A program made the position numbers and the translations under genes. Shown here piece after piece: positions 27,654-37,143 of a stretch of 40,558 nucleotides of DNA. This DNA is from Promethearchaeota archaeon (GTDB taxonomy: Archaea; Asgardarchaeota; Lokiarchaeia; Sigyniarchaeales; SOKP01), in the NCBI GenBank assembly GCA_048938445.1, contig JBHLME010000027.1, positions 1 to 40,558 of the forward strand. Direction: 5' to 3'. The number at the start of each line of letters is the position of its first letter. Within the stretch, counting starts at the first letter, position 1. The notes beneath the pieces are model-generated. The model searched no databases. It was not told where the DNA came from and saw nothing but the letters and a program-made list of their open reading frames with translations.

Positions 27654-28769
27654 TTGAATATCGATAAAATTATTAATGAAAATCGAAAAAAGATCACGCA
27701 TACCCATCATGGTGGTGAGATTTATGGAATTTCTAATTCTTTATTAGATTTTAGTATAAATATTAATCCAAAAGCTACTCCAGATATCTATTTTAATGTA
27801 TATAAGGATTCAATATATCAAATTCCTGTTTATCCAGATTCATATTCAACAGAGTTAAAAAAAGAATTAATTAAATATTTTAAAAATACTCTTTCCATTG
27901 AAAATTTAATCATAGGTGCAGGTTCAATGGAATTAATATCAATTTTTTGTGATATGTTCATAAATAATGATGATGATGTAATAATTTGTCAACCTACTTT
28001 CTCAGAATATGTTTGGGCTGTAAAAAAAAACGGAGGAAATGTTATTAATGTTTATCGAAAACCCGAAAATAATTTTCGAATAGAACCAGAAGTAATAAAA
28101 TCTAGTTTTTCACATAATACTAAAGCTATTTTTCTATGTAATCCAAATAATCCTAATGGATTATTGGATAAACAAGAAGATATTGTTAAAATTATAAAAT
28201 TTGCATCAGAAATGGATGTGTTAATCTTTTTAGATGAGGCATTTATTGAATTTACAGGAGAAATTAATTCATTAGTTAGTAAAATCACATCATTTGATAA
28301 TTTATTCATTTGTCGCAGCTTTACAAAATTTTTTGGATTAACAGGTTTACGTGTTGGTTTTGGTGTTAGCTCTCCTGAAATAATTAATTATATTTCTCAA
28401 GGACAAATTTTATGGCCTGTAAATTGTATTGGACAAATAGTGGCTCAAGATATTTTAAATTCTCCGAAATTTATTAAAGATTCTTTAGATTTTCTTTCTG
28501 AAGAGAAAAAATATATGGAACATAAATTAAATGAAATACCTACAGTAAAAATATTTCAATCTCATGCTAATTAATTCTTAATAAACATTAGAGATACTGG
28601 AATCAAAGCAAAAGAGCTTAAAAAATTACTACTAAAAGAAAAAATACTGATTAGAGATTGTTCAAATTATGAAGGATTAGATGAATATTATATAAGAGTA
28701 TGTGTGAAAACAAGGGATTCAAATTTAAAATTAATTAAAGCTTTAAAGAAAATTTTGATAGGTGTTTAA
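27654..28769 (+). pseudogene. cobD: L-threonine-O-3-phosphate decarboxylase CobD interrupted by one in-frame TAA (28572-28574)
   Basis: HGG, DFSININP, YPD, CNPNNPNG, DEAF, PLP-Lys SFTKFFGLTGLRVG. After SHAN* the frame continues FLINIRD...LIRDCSNYEGLDEYYIRVCVKT...GV* to 28769. Could also be a base-call error. Confidence 0.8.
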
Positions 28770-28774
28770 GTGCT

Positions 28775-29125
28775 ATGCATGAAAAAGGCAGAATTCTAAT
28801 CAAGAAAGCAATGAAAGAGAAAAAAATTAAAGGACCTGATCAAAATTGTGAATATCTTCCTTGTCATGAAAGTCTAGAAGATTGTACTTTTTGCTATTGT
28901 CCATTTTATCCTTGTTATAGAGAAGATACTGGAGGATTTGAAAAAATAAGCTCTAGAACAGGTCAACCAGTCTGGGCATGCTCTTCGTGCATATTTAATC
29001 ATAAAACTAAGAACGCAAAAAAAATACTTGAAGGTTTATTAGAATTTGATAAAGATTTTGATGAAATTAGCAGAGAAGAATTATTGAAATTACGTCAAAA
29101 AATTATAAACCAAGGTGATCTTTAA
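28775..29125 (+). CDS. Cysteine-rich small domain protein (zf-like), associated with cobalamin genes
   Basis: CEYLPCH...CTFCYCPFYPC...VWACSSC..H pattern. Confidence 0.82.
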   Translation: MHEKGRILIKKAMKEKKIKGPDQNCEYLPCHESLEDCTFCYCPFYPCYREDTGGFEKISSRTGQPVWACSSCIFNHKTKNAKKILEGLLEFDKDFDEISREELLKLRQKIINQGDL

Positions 29126-30634
29126 TTGACTTGTAAAACACTGATGGTTCAAGGAACAGCTTCCCATGTGGGTAAATCTTTATTAGTAACAGCATTATGT
29201 AGAATTTTTAGTGAAATGGGATATAAAGTTGCTCCTTTTAAGTCTCAAAATATGTCATTAAACTCATTTATTAATCAAAATGGAGAAGAAATAGCTAGAT
29301 CTCAAGTAGTTCAAGCTATGGCCGCAAGAACTAGACCAATTGCAGAGCATAATCCTGTATTATTAAAACCTAAAGGAGATCAATCTTCACAGATAATTTT
29401 AATGGGAAAACCTTTTGCAGATTATTCAGTCAAGGAATATTATAGAAATTTTATTCCACAATTAATACCACATGTTCAAAATTCTCTAAAAAAATTACAA
29501 GATGATAATGATCTAGTTATCATTGAAGGAGCGGGTAGCCCGGCAGAGATAAATTTGATGAATGGAGACATAGCTAATATGTATATAGCAAAATTAGCAA
29601 ACTCACCTGTTATATTAATTGCGGATATTGATCGAGGGGGTGTATTTGCTTCTATATTTGGAACTATTAATTTATTAAAGCCAGAAGAACAAGCTTTAAT
29701 AAAATTTTTCGTGATAAATAAATTTAGAGGTGAAATTGAGTTATTAAAAGACGGAATTACTCAAATTGAAGAATTAGTTAAAAAAAAATGCATTGGTATT
29801 TTACCTTATATTCAAGATCTGAGAATACCTGCCGAAGATTCAGTTTCTCTAGATGATAATTATACTAGTGGAGATATTAAAGTAAAAATAATAAAATTAC
29901 CTAGGATTTCAAATTTCAATGATTATGAAGCTTTAAGTTGGGAACCAGAAATCCAAATATCCTATGTTTCAGAACCAGATGATTTAGATGATTCTGATGT
30001 AATCATAATTCCAGGAACAAAAAATACCATAAAAGACTTACTATGGATGAATGAAAAAGGTTTTTCATCAAAATTACGTGTATTGAATGAAAGAGGATAT
30101 ATGATAATTGGAGTATGTGGAGGATATCAAATTTTAGGTACAACTATCATTGATATGGGTATTGAAGGTGATATAAAAAAAACATATCAAGGTTTGGGTT
30201 TTTTACCAATTAAAACTGAATTTCTCACTTATGATAAAATTACAAGACAGGTACAATTAGAAATAGTTGGCTTACCTAACTTTAATGGATTACCAATTGA
30301 GGGTTATGAAATTCATATGGGAAAAATTAAATATGAGAATGGTGCAATTCCTTTATTAAAATTTAAAAATTTACCTCAAGGATCTCAAAATAATTTTGAA
30401 GGTGCAATAAATGAAAGAAAAAATGTATTTGGAAGTTTAATACATGGTTTTTGGAATAATGATATATTCAGAAAAGAATTTATTGAGTTCCTGGCAGCTA
30501 AAAAAAATAAAACCGGACAAAAAATAGAAATTAGTAATTACTATGAGAAAATTGAAAAAAATATCCAAAAGCTTGCAGATGTTGTAAGACAAAACCTTGA
30601 TATTGAAGAGATTATTACTCAATTAGGAATTTAA
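29126..30634 (+). CDS. cbiP: Adenosylcobyric acid synthase (CbiP/CobQ)
   Basis: QGTASHVGKS, PFKSQNMS, NPVLLKP, EGAGSPAEINL, DIDRGG, PGTKNT, GVCGGYQ, GYEIHMG. Confidence 0.95.
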   Translation: MTCKTLMVQGTASHVGKSLLVTALCRIFSEMGYKVAPFKSQNMSLNSFINQNGEEIARSQVVQAMAARTRPIAEHNPVLLKPKGDQSSQIILMGKPFADYSVKEYYRNFIPQLIPHVQNSLKKLQDDNDLVIIEGAGSPAEINLMNGDIANMYIAKLANSPVILIADIDRGGVFASIFGTINLLKPEEQALIKFFVINKFRGEIELLKDGITQIEELVKKKCIGILPYIQDLRIPAEDSVSLDDNYTSGDIKVKIIKLPRISNFNDYEALSWEPEIQISYVSEPDDLDDSDVIIIPGTKNTIKDLLWMNEKGFSSKLRVLNERGYMIIGVCGGYQILGTTIIDMGIEGDIKKTYQGLGFLPIKTEFLTYDKITRQVQLEIVGLPNFNGLPIEGYEIHMGKIKYENGAIPLLKFKNLPQGSQNNFEGAINERKNVFGSLIHGFWNNDIFRKEFIEFLAAKKNKTGQKIEISNYYEKIEKNIQKLADVVRQNLDIEEIITQLGI

Positions 30635-30644
30635 GGTAGGTAGT

Positions 30645-31724
30645 ATGAACTTAAATATATATGTAAATTATTTTTGTTTTGTAATCTTTTTCACACTTCT
30701 CTTTTCATTTTTGATTGATCTTATCATTGGTGATCCCAAATCAGATTATCATCCAGTAATGATAATAGGAAAAACGATTGATTTCTTTAAGAATAAATTT
30801 AGAACAGGAAAACCAAGGTTAGATAAATTTTTAGGAATAGTCCTGCTATTTTTGGTAATTATAATCTTTTGTATCCCTATATATTTACTTCAAATTTTTA
30901 TATGGCAGGTTTGGAATTTATGGGATCCTTATGGATGGCAAACTCCAAGTATTATATCACTATTGATTGTTTCAGCAATGATGGGATTTTTGTTAAAATG
31001 GCCTTTTGCTTTAAAATCATTAGGTCAAGCTACTTTACCTATTGGAAAAGCATTAAAGGATGGAGATATAATGAAAGCTCGTTCTAATCTTTCATTAATT
31101 GTAAGGCGCGATACGCAAAATTTAGACCAGGCACATGTCATTTCAGCAACAGTAGAATGCATTGCTGAAAGTTCAACCGATGCTACGACTAGTGTAATAT
31201 GGTTTTATTTGATGGGGAACTTGATAGGTGTGTTAATTTTCACCTTTATTCAAGAAAATGTCCTTTGGTTATTTATGGGAATACCTTTTGCTTATATGTT
31301 CCGCATAATAAATACTGCTGACAGTGTAGTTGGATATAAAGATGAGGAACATGTCAATATAGGTTGGTTTTCAGCAAGAATGGATGATTTATCCAATTAT
31401 ATTCCATCACGTCTTACTGTATTATTTATGTTAATAACAGGAAAAATTATGAGAAAAGATGTTAAGAATGCATGGAAAGTCCTCAAACTGGATCGTAATA
31501 GTTTAGAAAGCGTGAATGCAGGATGGACGATGGGAACAATGGCCGGATTACTAAATATTCAGCTCGAAAAAGTAGGTAAATATAGGTTAGGCATTCCCAA
31601 CCGTGCTCTTTTATGGATAGATATTAAAAGTTCCTTTCGAATAATTTTATTAACGGTATTATTATATAGTTTAATAATCTCGATTATGGTGATTTTACTC
31701 ATAAATTTAATCATGATATTCTGA
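30645..31724 (+). CDS. cbiB: Adenosylcobinamide-phosphate synthase CbiB
   Basis: IGDP..HPV, VRRDT, ECIAES, NTADSVVGYK, GWFSARMDD, PSRL, NAGW, LEKVGKY. Confidence 0.93.
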   Translation: MNLNIYVNYFCFVIFFTLLFSFLIDLIIGDPKSDYHPVMIIGKTIDFFKNKFRTGKPRLDKFLGIVLLFLVIIIFCIPIYLLQIFIWQVWNLWDPYGWQTPSIISLLIVSAMMGFLLKWPFALKSLGQATLPIGKALKDGDIMKARSNLSLIVRRDTQNLDQAHVISATVECIAESSTDATTSVIWFYLMGNLIGVLIFTFIQENVLWLFMGIPFAYMFRIINTADSVVGYKDEEHVNIGWFSARMDDLSNYIPSRLTVLFMLITGKIMRKDVKNAWKVLKLDRNSLESVNAGWTMGTMAGLLNIQLEKVGKYRLGIPNRALLWIDIKSSFRIILLTVLLYSLIISIMVILLINLIMIF

Positions 31725-31736
31725 AAGGTGATTTCA

Positions 31737-32432
31737 ATGAATATTAAAACTTTTAAAACTAATATACCTAATTTGGAAATATTTATTGATACTAATGACA
31801 TTGTTATTAAATCAAATAATGAATTAGAATGTCTTAGTAATGCTGCTATAAATGGGGGACGTGTAAAAACAAAATCTATAGTTAATCATCATGTTCCATT
31901 AGATTTTGGATATACATCATTAGAAGATGTATTTACTCCCGTTAAACAAAAATTTAATCTGTCTAACTCTGTAATAGGTTTATTAACTGCAGTTAAAATG
32001 AATAATGCAGTAATTATGAATGAAAAAATTGATGATATTGATTATATTGTTGCTATTACAGCGGGTCTTTCTAATTTAATCGCTCCTGATATTGAAGACG
32101 TTCAGGATATTAAAGAATCTGATAATACTAAATTTAAACCTGGTACAATAAATATTATTTTAATCTTTAATTGTAAATTCGCTGAATATGCAATGGTTAA
32201 TCTATTCATTACGATAACAGAAGTAAAAACATTACTTTTAAATAAATTTAATGTCAGGATGAAAAACGGAATACTTGCTACTGGAACTTCAACAGATACA
32301 ATTGCGATTGGATTTACGGATAAAGGCCAATTAATTAAGTGGTCTGGATTCGCTACTAAATTCGGACAGTCAATTGGAAAATCTGTATTTAAAACTCTTG
32401 ATATGGCATTATCAAAAGGAGGGTGGATTTAG
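31737..32432 (+). CDS. cbiZ: Adenosylcobinamide amidohydrolase CbiZ
   Basis: LSNAAINGG, GLLTAV, TAGLSN, GTINI, TEVK, ATGTSTD. ATG 31737 follows AGGTGA. Confidence 0.88.
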   Translation: MNIKTFKTNIPNLEIFIDTNDIVIKSNNELECLSNAAINGGRVKTKSIVNHHVPLDFGYTSLEDVFTPVKQKFNLSNSVIGLLTAVKMNNAVIMNEKIDDIDYIVAITAGLSNLIAPDIEDVQDIKESDNTKFKPGTINIILIFNCKFAEYAMVNLFITITEVKTLLLNKFNVRMKNGILATGTSTDTIAIGFTDKGQLIKWSGFATKFGQSIGKSVFKTLDMALSKGGWI

Positions 32433-33284
32433 ATAACAATTTTAAAAGATATTAAAAATTGCATTGCTTTTTTAACTAAAATCCCTGTTAATAAAGAAGT
32501 AGATATCTTTAAAGAAGTAGCCCCAAAAATGTGGTTATTTCCCATAGTTGGGTTCATATTAGGAATAATATTAAGCATTATTGGTTTGTTTTTATTGTCA
32601 TTTCTTCCATTTTTACTTGTAGGTTTTATATTATTAGGATTATTATTATTAATGACGGGAGTTCATCATGCTGATGGCTTATTTGATTTTGGAGATGGAT
32701 TAATGGTAATGGGCACTCCTGAGAGAAAAATTGAAGTAATGCATGATGTCAACATAGGGGCCGGAGGTTTTGCTTTAGGTTTTATAATATTATCACTAAC
32801 AGGAATCGCAATCTCTTATTCAATGGAGTATCTAATAATAGCATTAGTATTAAGTGAAATTGGAGCTAAGTTTAATATGGTTGCAGTATGTTCAGTAGGA
32901 AGATCGGCTAAAACTAAAATGGTTGATCAATTCATTATTTCAAACAAAAAAAAACATTTAATTATGTCATTAATGCTATCAATTATTCTAATTCTTATAA
33001 CATTATTTCTAATAGTATTTTATAATTTTATTTATGATAATATTGTTTTGTTTAGATATGTTTTTTCACCAATCTCCAATGTTTCACCTTTTAATTTGTA
33101 TCAATGTCTAAGCATATTTATTGTTTTTTTAATTGGTACTGCTATATCATTGATAATAATATTAAATCTTGCCAATAAACATTTTAATGGACTTACTGGT
33201 GATTGTATTGGTGCATTAAACGAAATCACGCGGTTAACTATTTTAATTTTATTTTTAGTAATAGATAGAATAAATCTAATATAA
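32433..33284 (+). CDS. cobS: Cobalamin(-5'-phosphate) synthase CobS
   Basis: AFLTKIP lies upstream of the first ATG (32529). Also FPIVG, TGVHHADGLFDFGDG, MHDVNIGAGG, FNGLTGDCIGALNE. Confidence 0.9.
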   Translation: MTILKDIKNCIAFLTKIPVNKEVDIFKEVAPKMWLFPIVGFILGIILSIIGLFLLSFLPFLLVGFILLGLLLLMTGVHHADGLFDFGDGLMVMGTPERKIEVMHDVNIGAGGFALGFIILSLTGIAISYSMEYLIIALVLSEIGAKFNMVAVCSVGRSAKTKMVDQFIISNKKKHLIMSLMLSIILILITLFLIVFYNFIYDNIVLFRYVFSPISNVSPFNLYQCLSIFIVFLIGTAISLIIILNLANKHFNGLTGDCIGALNEITRLTILILFLVIDRINLI

Positions 33285-33306
33285 ATGCAATCCTAGAGGA
33301 TAATAA

Positions 33307-33945
33307 ATGCAAATTCCAGCTATAATTATGGCAGGAGGGAAAGGAACGCGTTTTAATTTTAAAGAAATTAATTCTGAGTATGATGAAAAATTATTACTTA
33401 AACTTGGAAATAAGTATATTGTTGAGTATGTAATCGATGCTGTATTAGCATCTAAAAAAATAAATAGTGTGTTTTTAGCCGTTTCACCCTATTCTACCGA
33501 AACAAAATCTATTATTGGGTCTAAATATAAGTCAATTGAGATAATTGATACTCCTGGGAAAGGATTTCACTCTGATATTCAATATGTAATAAAGAAATTA
33601 AAATTAAGTACTACTTTAATAATCTCAGGGGATATTCCATTAATTAAACCAGCAATTCTTGATGAAATAATATCTAAATTCTTTGAATTTAATAAACCTT
33701 CTCTTTCTGTTATGATGGACGTTAATTTATTTATAAAATTAAATATTACTCCAACTACAACTTTTTATTTTAAAAACATACAAAAAACTTTAGTTCCTTT
33801 AGGAATTAATATCATTGAAGGAAGTTATATAGACCATCCAGAAATCGATCAAGCAATTCTAATAAGCGAACAAATCGAATTATTATACAATATTAATACA
33901 GTTGAGGATTTTCTACAAATAAAATCAATATTCAATCAGATATAA
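33307..33945 (+). CDS. cobY: GTP:adenosylcobinamide-phosphate guanylyltransferase CobY (NTP transferase)
   Basis: IMAGGKGTR, TPGKGFHSD, GDIPLI, PLGIN, NINTVED; follows cobS. Confidence 0.88.
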   Translation: MQIPAIIMAGGKGTRFNFKEINSEYDEKLLLKLGNKYIVEYVIDAVLASKKINSVFLAVSPYSTETKSIIGSKYKSIEIIDTPGKGFHSDIQYVIKKLKLSTTLIISGDIPLIKPAILDEIISKFFEFNKPSLSVMMDVNLFIKLNITPTTTFYFKNIQKTLVPLGINIIEGSYIDHPEIDQAILISEQIELLYNINTVEDFLQIKSIFNQI

Positions 33946-33964
33946 AGAAGAAATATAAATAATA

Positions 33965-34399
33965 TTAACTATATGTATCTTTCGATACAATTTTTTCTAA
34001 AATAGGTCTCAAATTCTCGTATGCTTTCCTAATTTTATGAAAATAGTATCCTAATTTGCTTTCTTTCTTAGCATTGGTGAATAACATGAAATGATCTTCA
34101 ACACCAGTAACTAAAATGATCGTGTATCCTTTAATTCCTTTTATGACAATTTCTCTCAGTTCTCCTTGATCTAAATCCTGGCTAATTTTTTCCCCTAGAG
34201 AGATTAGTGTTGCTGGACTTGCAGAATAGATATCCGCTACAACATCAGCAGTCTCAGAACTGGCTATTCTTAAACCTGTTTTAGAAACGATGGCTGTTCC
34301 TTCTAAATCAGTACTACTTTCTAAGCTTTCCAAATTACGCATTATTTCATCTAAAATCTCTTGGCTAACATCTATTTCTTTCAATTCATCACGTGACAT
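33965..34399 (-). CDS. Roadblock/LC7 (MglB-like) domain protein
   Basis: LEGTAIVSKTGLRIAS...SA..ATLISLGEKISQDL.QGELREIVIKG.KGY...KLG pattern. Confidence 0.85.
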   Translation of the reverse strand: MSRDELKEIDVSQEILDEIMRNLESLESSTDLEGTAIVSKTGLRIASSETADVVADIYSASPATLISLGEKISQDLDQGELREIVIKGIKGYTIILVTGVEDHFMLFTNAKKESKLGYYFHKIRKAYENLRPILEKIVSKDTYS

Positions 34400-34444
34400 T
34401 TTACTGGCTCCATTTCTATTAATAATATAATAATTTTTAAAAAT

Positions 34445-35866
34445 TTAAATCTTTTTTAGACGAAAACTTCTTAACTCTTTAAGAATAACGGCTTCATTTA
34501 TTTTAACGTCCACTTTTGATTCGACACCAACAATTACAGCTCCTTTCGTTCCAAATGTTTCTAAAATTTTTGTAAAAGGTGGCTCTAATTTCTTTCCAAC
34601 AATTTTTTTCGCTCCAATCGCACTTTGAGCTAAACCTACACAGACAATTCCCTGAGAATGGTCAGGATTCTTAACACGACCTTGTTTCATTTTATATTTA
34701 AAAATTATGGGAGGATCTGCTTTATCATGGACTTTAATGAGCCTTGCTGATCCCAAAATCCTTAAAGTTGTTGGTGGGAGATCTAATCTGCTAATAAGCA
34801 TTATATTTCTTTCTTTCTGTATTAAAACTTTATCATTGAACCATAAAAATGCCTTGAATTCCTCTCCTTTATTTTTTATGGTAGTTTGAATCCTTTTTTC
34901 ATTCAATTCATAATATGGATAAATATTAGCAGCAATAGTATTCATTCCTATTGTAACATGGACTTGGGTTCCAAAGCGAGTATCAGATTTAAATAATTTG
35001 TTATTATTAACGATAACTTCTACAATTTCACAGAAATTAAAAGAATTCTTATCATCTGTGGCTATGCAACCACGATACACTTTTTTTACATCTACATTTT
35101 TCAAGTTAATTCCAACCCGGTCTCCCGCTTTAGCAGAATTAACATTTTCGTGAAAAACTTCAATACTTTTCACTCTTCCTTGAGCATTAATAGGTAATAT
35201 ATCTATATTTTGTCCAATTTTTAACTGACCTTTTAATATGGTACCTGTTATTATTGCCCCCATACCTTTTATTAGAAAATGGTGATCTATAGGAATTACT
35301 AAAGCTCCTTCAACATCTCTTTTTATTTGTAAATTCTTTACAATTTCAACTATACCTTGTTTCAATTCATCTATTCCCTTTTCATTTTTAGCAGAAACAG
35401 CAAATATAGGAATATCGGGTCCAAATGATGTTGTTGCAAAAAAATCTCTAATTTTTTCAATTTGAGTTTTGAGGTCTCCCCTAAATATATCAATTTTATT
35501 TAAAACCACTATGATTTTTTGAATATTGAGAGATTCGATCATTATGATATGTTCTCCAGTTTGTACTTGCGGGCCTTTATTTATGTCAATTACAATAATT
35601 GCAAGATCTATAATTTCAATAGAAGAAGCACTTATTTTTATCAAATCTGCGTGTCCAGGACCGTCAACAAGTGTAATTATGTATTTTTCAAACGAAAAAC
35701 TAGTAAATCCTAAATCAATTGTAATACCTCTCTCTTTACTCTGTGGATGGGCATCAATACCCGCAGTGGAAATGATTTCACTTAGTCGTGCAGCTACGGC
35801 TGTTTTACCAGAATCAATATGACCGAATAGTCCAACATGTATGGGAATCTTATCTTTTAAATCCAT
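34445..35866 (-). CDS. selB: Selenocysteine-specific translation elongation factor SelB/eEFSec (archaeal-eukaryotic type)
   Basis: GLFGHIDSGKT, STAGIDAHPQSKERGITIDLGF, VDGPGHADL, QTGEH, NKID, RLDLPPTTLRILG, domain IV GLAQS...TFGTKG. Confidence 0.93.
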   Translation of the reverse strand: MDLKDKIPIHVGLFGHIDSGKTAVAARLSEIISTAGIDAHPQSKERGITIDLGFTSFSFEKYIITLVDGPGHADLIKISASSIEIIDLAIIVIDINKGPQVQTGEHIIMIESLNIQKIIVVLNKIDIFRGDLKTQIEKIRDFFATTSFGPDIPIFAVSAKNEKGIDELKQGIVEIVKNLQIKRDVEGALVIPIDHHFLIKGMGAIITGTILKGQLKIGQNIDILPINAQGRVKSIEVFHENVNSAKAGDRVGINLKNVDVKKVYRGCIATDDKNSFNFCEIVEVIVNNNKLFKSDTRFGTQVHVTIGMNTIAANIYPYYELNEKRIQTTIKNKGEEFKAFLWFNDKVLIQKERNIMLISRLDLPPTTLRILGSARLIKVHDKADPPIIFKYKMKQGRVKNPDHSQGIVCVGLAQSAIGAKKIVGKKLEPPFTKILETFGTKGAVIVGVESKVDVKINEAVILKELRSFRLKKI

Positions 35867-36051
35867 CTTTATATTGATTTAGAATAATTCAATTTTCAAC
35901 TATTATTTTAAGAAGCAAAAATTAATAATCTAATATTAAGAAAGTTAATTAAGCATTTTGATAAAATAAAAATTGAACTCCAAATATTTTATAAAACTTA
36001 TTTCTCATTATATTATTAACATCAAAAATCAAATAATAAGTGTGAATAAAA

Positions 36052-36930
36052 ATGCCCAAGTTTTGTGTTTATTGTGGTAATCCTGTAAAACCTACTGATA
36101 AATTCTGTATTGCATGTGGAAAACCTATGTTATCCAGTTCCTCTCAGGATTCACGTAAAATGAGTGTAGAAAAATCTATAAAGCAAGAAGAAGAAATACA
36201 AGCGATTGTAGTAGAAGAACCCGAAGTTATAGACACTAAGGAAGAAGAAATTGAGGAAAAGGAGGAAATGGAAGATGAAATAGAAAAAGATAAAAAGAAA
36301 ATAGAATATGATCTTGATCTTGCAAAAAGTCTTCCAGATGACGTGAAGCATCAAATTGATTTATATATTCAGTTTACTGAAATTGAATTTAATAAAAAGG
36401 TATTAAATGAGAAACTAAATGAGGTTTTAACTGCTACAAAAGATCCAAGATATGAGGTTGACTTTGATTTCAAACAAAATACAAACGCACGGTTAGAAGC
36501 AATAAAAACTTTAATTTCAGATCTAAAACAAGAAGAATCTGAAATTAAAAGTGAGATGGATGATGTATTTATCATAAAAAAATTAAATAATATGGTTGAC
36601 ACGAAAGAATTTCAACTTAAGAATTTAACCAGAGAATTTCGATTGAAAAAAATGAACAAGAAAACATTTGAAAGCTTAAAAGAAAAGTATAAAGCTGAAA
36701 AAAATGACGCTGAAGCAGAAAGAACGGAATTGATGATGGGAATTAAGCTTTGGATTCAAGAATTAAAGACTGAGAAAGCTGAATTAATTGGAGAACGAAA
36801 ACTAAATAAAGGGCGTTTATCCTCAAAAGAGCTAGGTCAAGAAGATTTTAAAAAAGTTGATAAAGAATATGCCCTTAAAATTGAAAAAATAACAAAAAAA
36901 ATCGAAACTCTTGAAAAACTCATAAAATAA
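36052..36930 (+). CDS. Zinc-ribbon, acidic linker and long coiled-coil protein
   Basis: FCVYCG...KFCIACGK, E-rich segment, heptad-rich C-terminal half. Confidence 0.75.
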   Translation: MPKFCVYCGNPVKPTDKFCIACGKPMLSSSSQDSRKMSVEKSIKQEEEIQAIVVEEPEVIDTKEEEIEEKEEMEDEIEKDKKKIEYDLDLAKSLPDDVKHQIDLYIQFTEIEFNKKVLNEKLNEVLTATKDPRYEVDFDFKQNTNARLEAIKTLISDLKQEESEIKSEMDDVFIIKKLNNMVDTKEFQLKNLTREFRLKKMNKKTFESLKEKYKAEKNDAEAERTELMMGIKLWIQELKTEKAELIGERKLNKGRLSSKELGQEDFKKVDKEYALKIEKITKKIETLEKLIK

Positions 36931-36992
36931 TATAGTGAGTTTTAAAAAAGTAATTTTTATTTGTTTTGAAAGATTTTTAACACTGAAAAAAA

Positions 36993-37118
36993 ATGAGAAA
37001 AACACTTATCGCAATCATTCTTATTCTAGTTGCTTTATCATTAGTGACATTCGGAATTGTTCTGGGTCAATATTCAATGTTTTTTAATTTATATTCTCAA
37101 ATGAATGGTATGTTTTAG
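36993..37118 (+). CDS. 41-aa single-TM microprotein, absent from the ORF track
   Basis: Manual translation: MRKTLIAIILILVALSLVTFGIVLGQYSMFFNLYSQMNGMF*. Fills the gap between flanking genes. Confidence 0.55.
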   Translation: MRKTLIAIILILVALSLVTFGIVLGQYSMFFNLYSQMNGMF

Positions 37119-37143
37119 TGTTTTTGACATTATTTGGAAAAGA

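Noticed and set aside
27654-28769. Histidinol-phosphate aminotransferase (hisC) as the identity of the PLP enzyme
   Set aside because: HGG, DFS.NINP and IRDCSNY.GL motifs plus cob-cluster context fit CobD better.
31722-31739. cbiB TGA in frame with cbiZ, suggesting Sec readthrough
   Set aside because: CbiB is already complete, cbiZ has its own AGGTGA SD and ATG (31737), and there is no Cys-equivalent position or visible SECIS.
34445-35866. aEF-1alpha or aIF2-gamma as the identity of the GTPase
   Set aside because: PQSKERGITIDLGF, QTGEH, RLDLPPTTLRI and the extra domain IV are SelB-specific.
36993-37118. OST4 or Sec61-beta/gamma identity for the microprotein
   Set aside because: No recognisable family motif beyond hydrophobicity.
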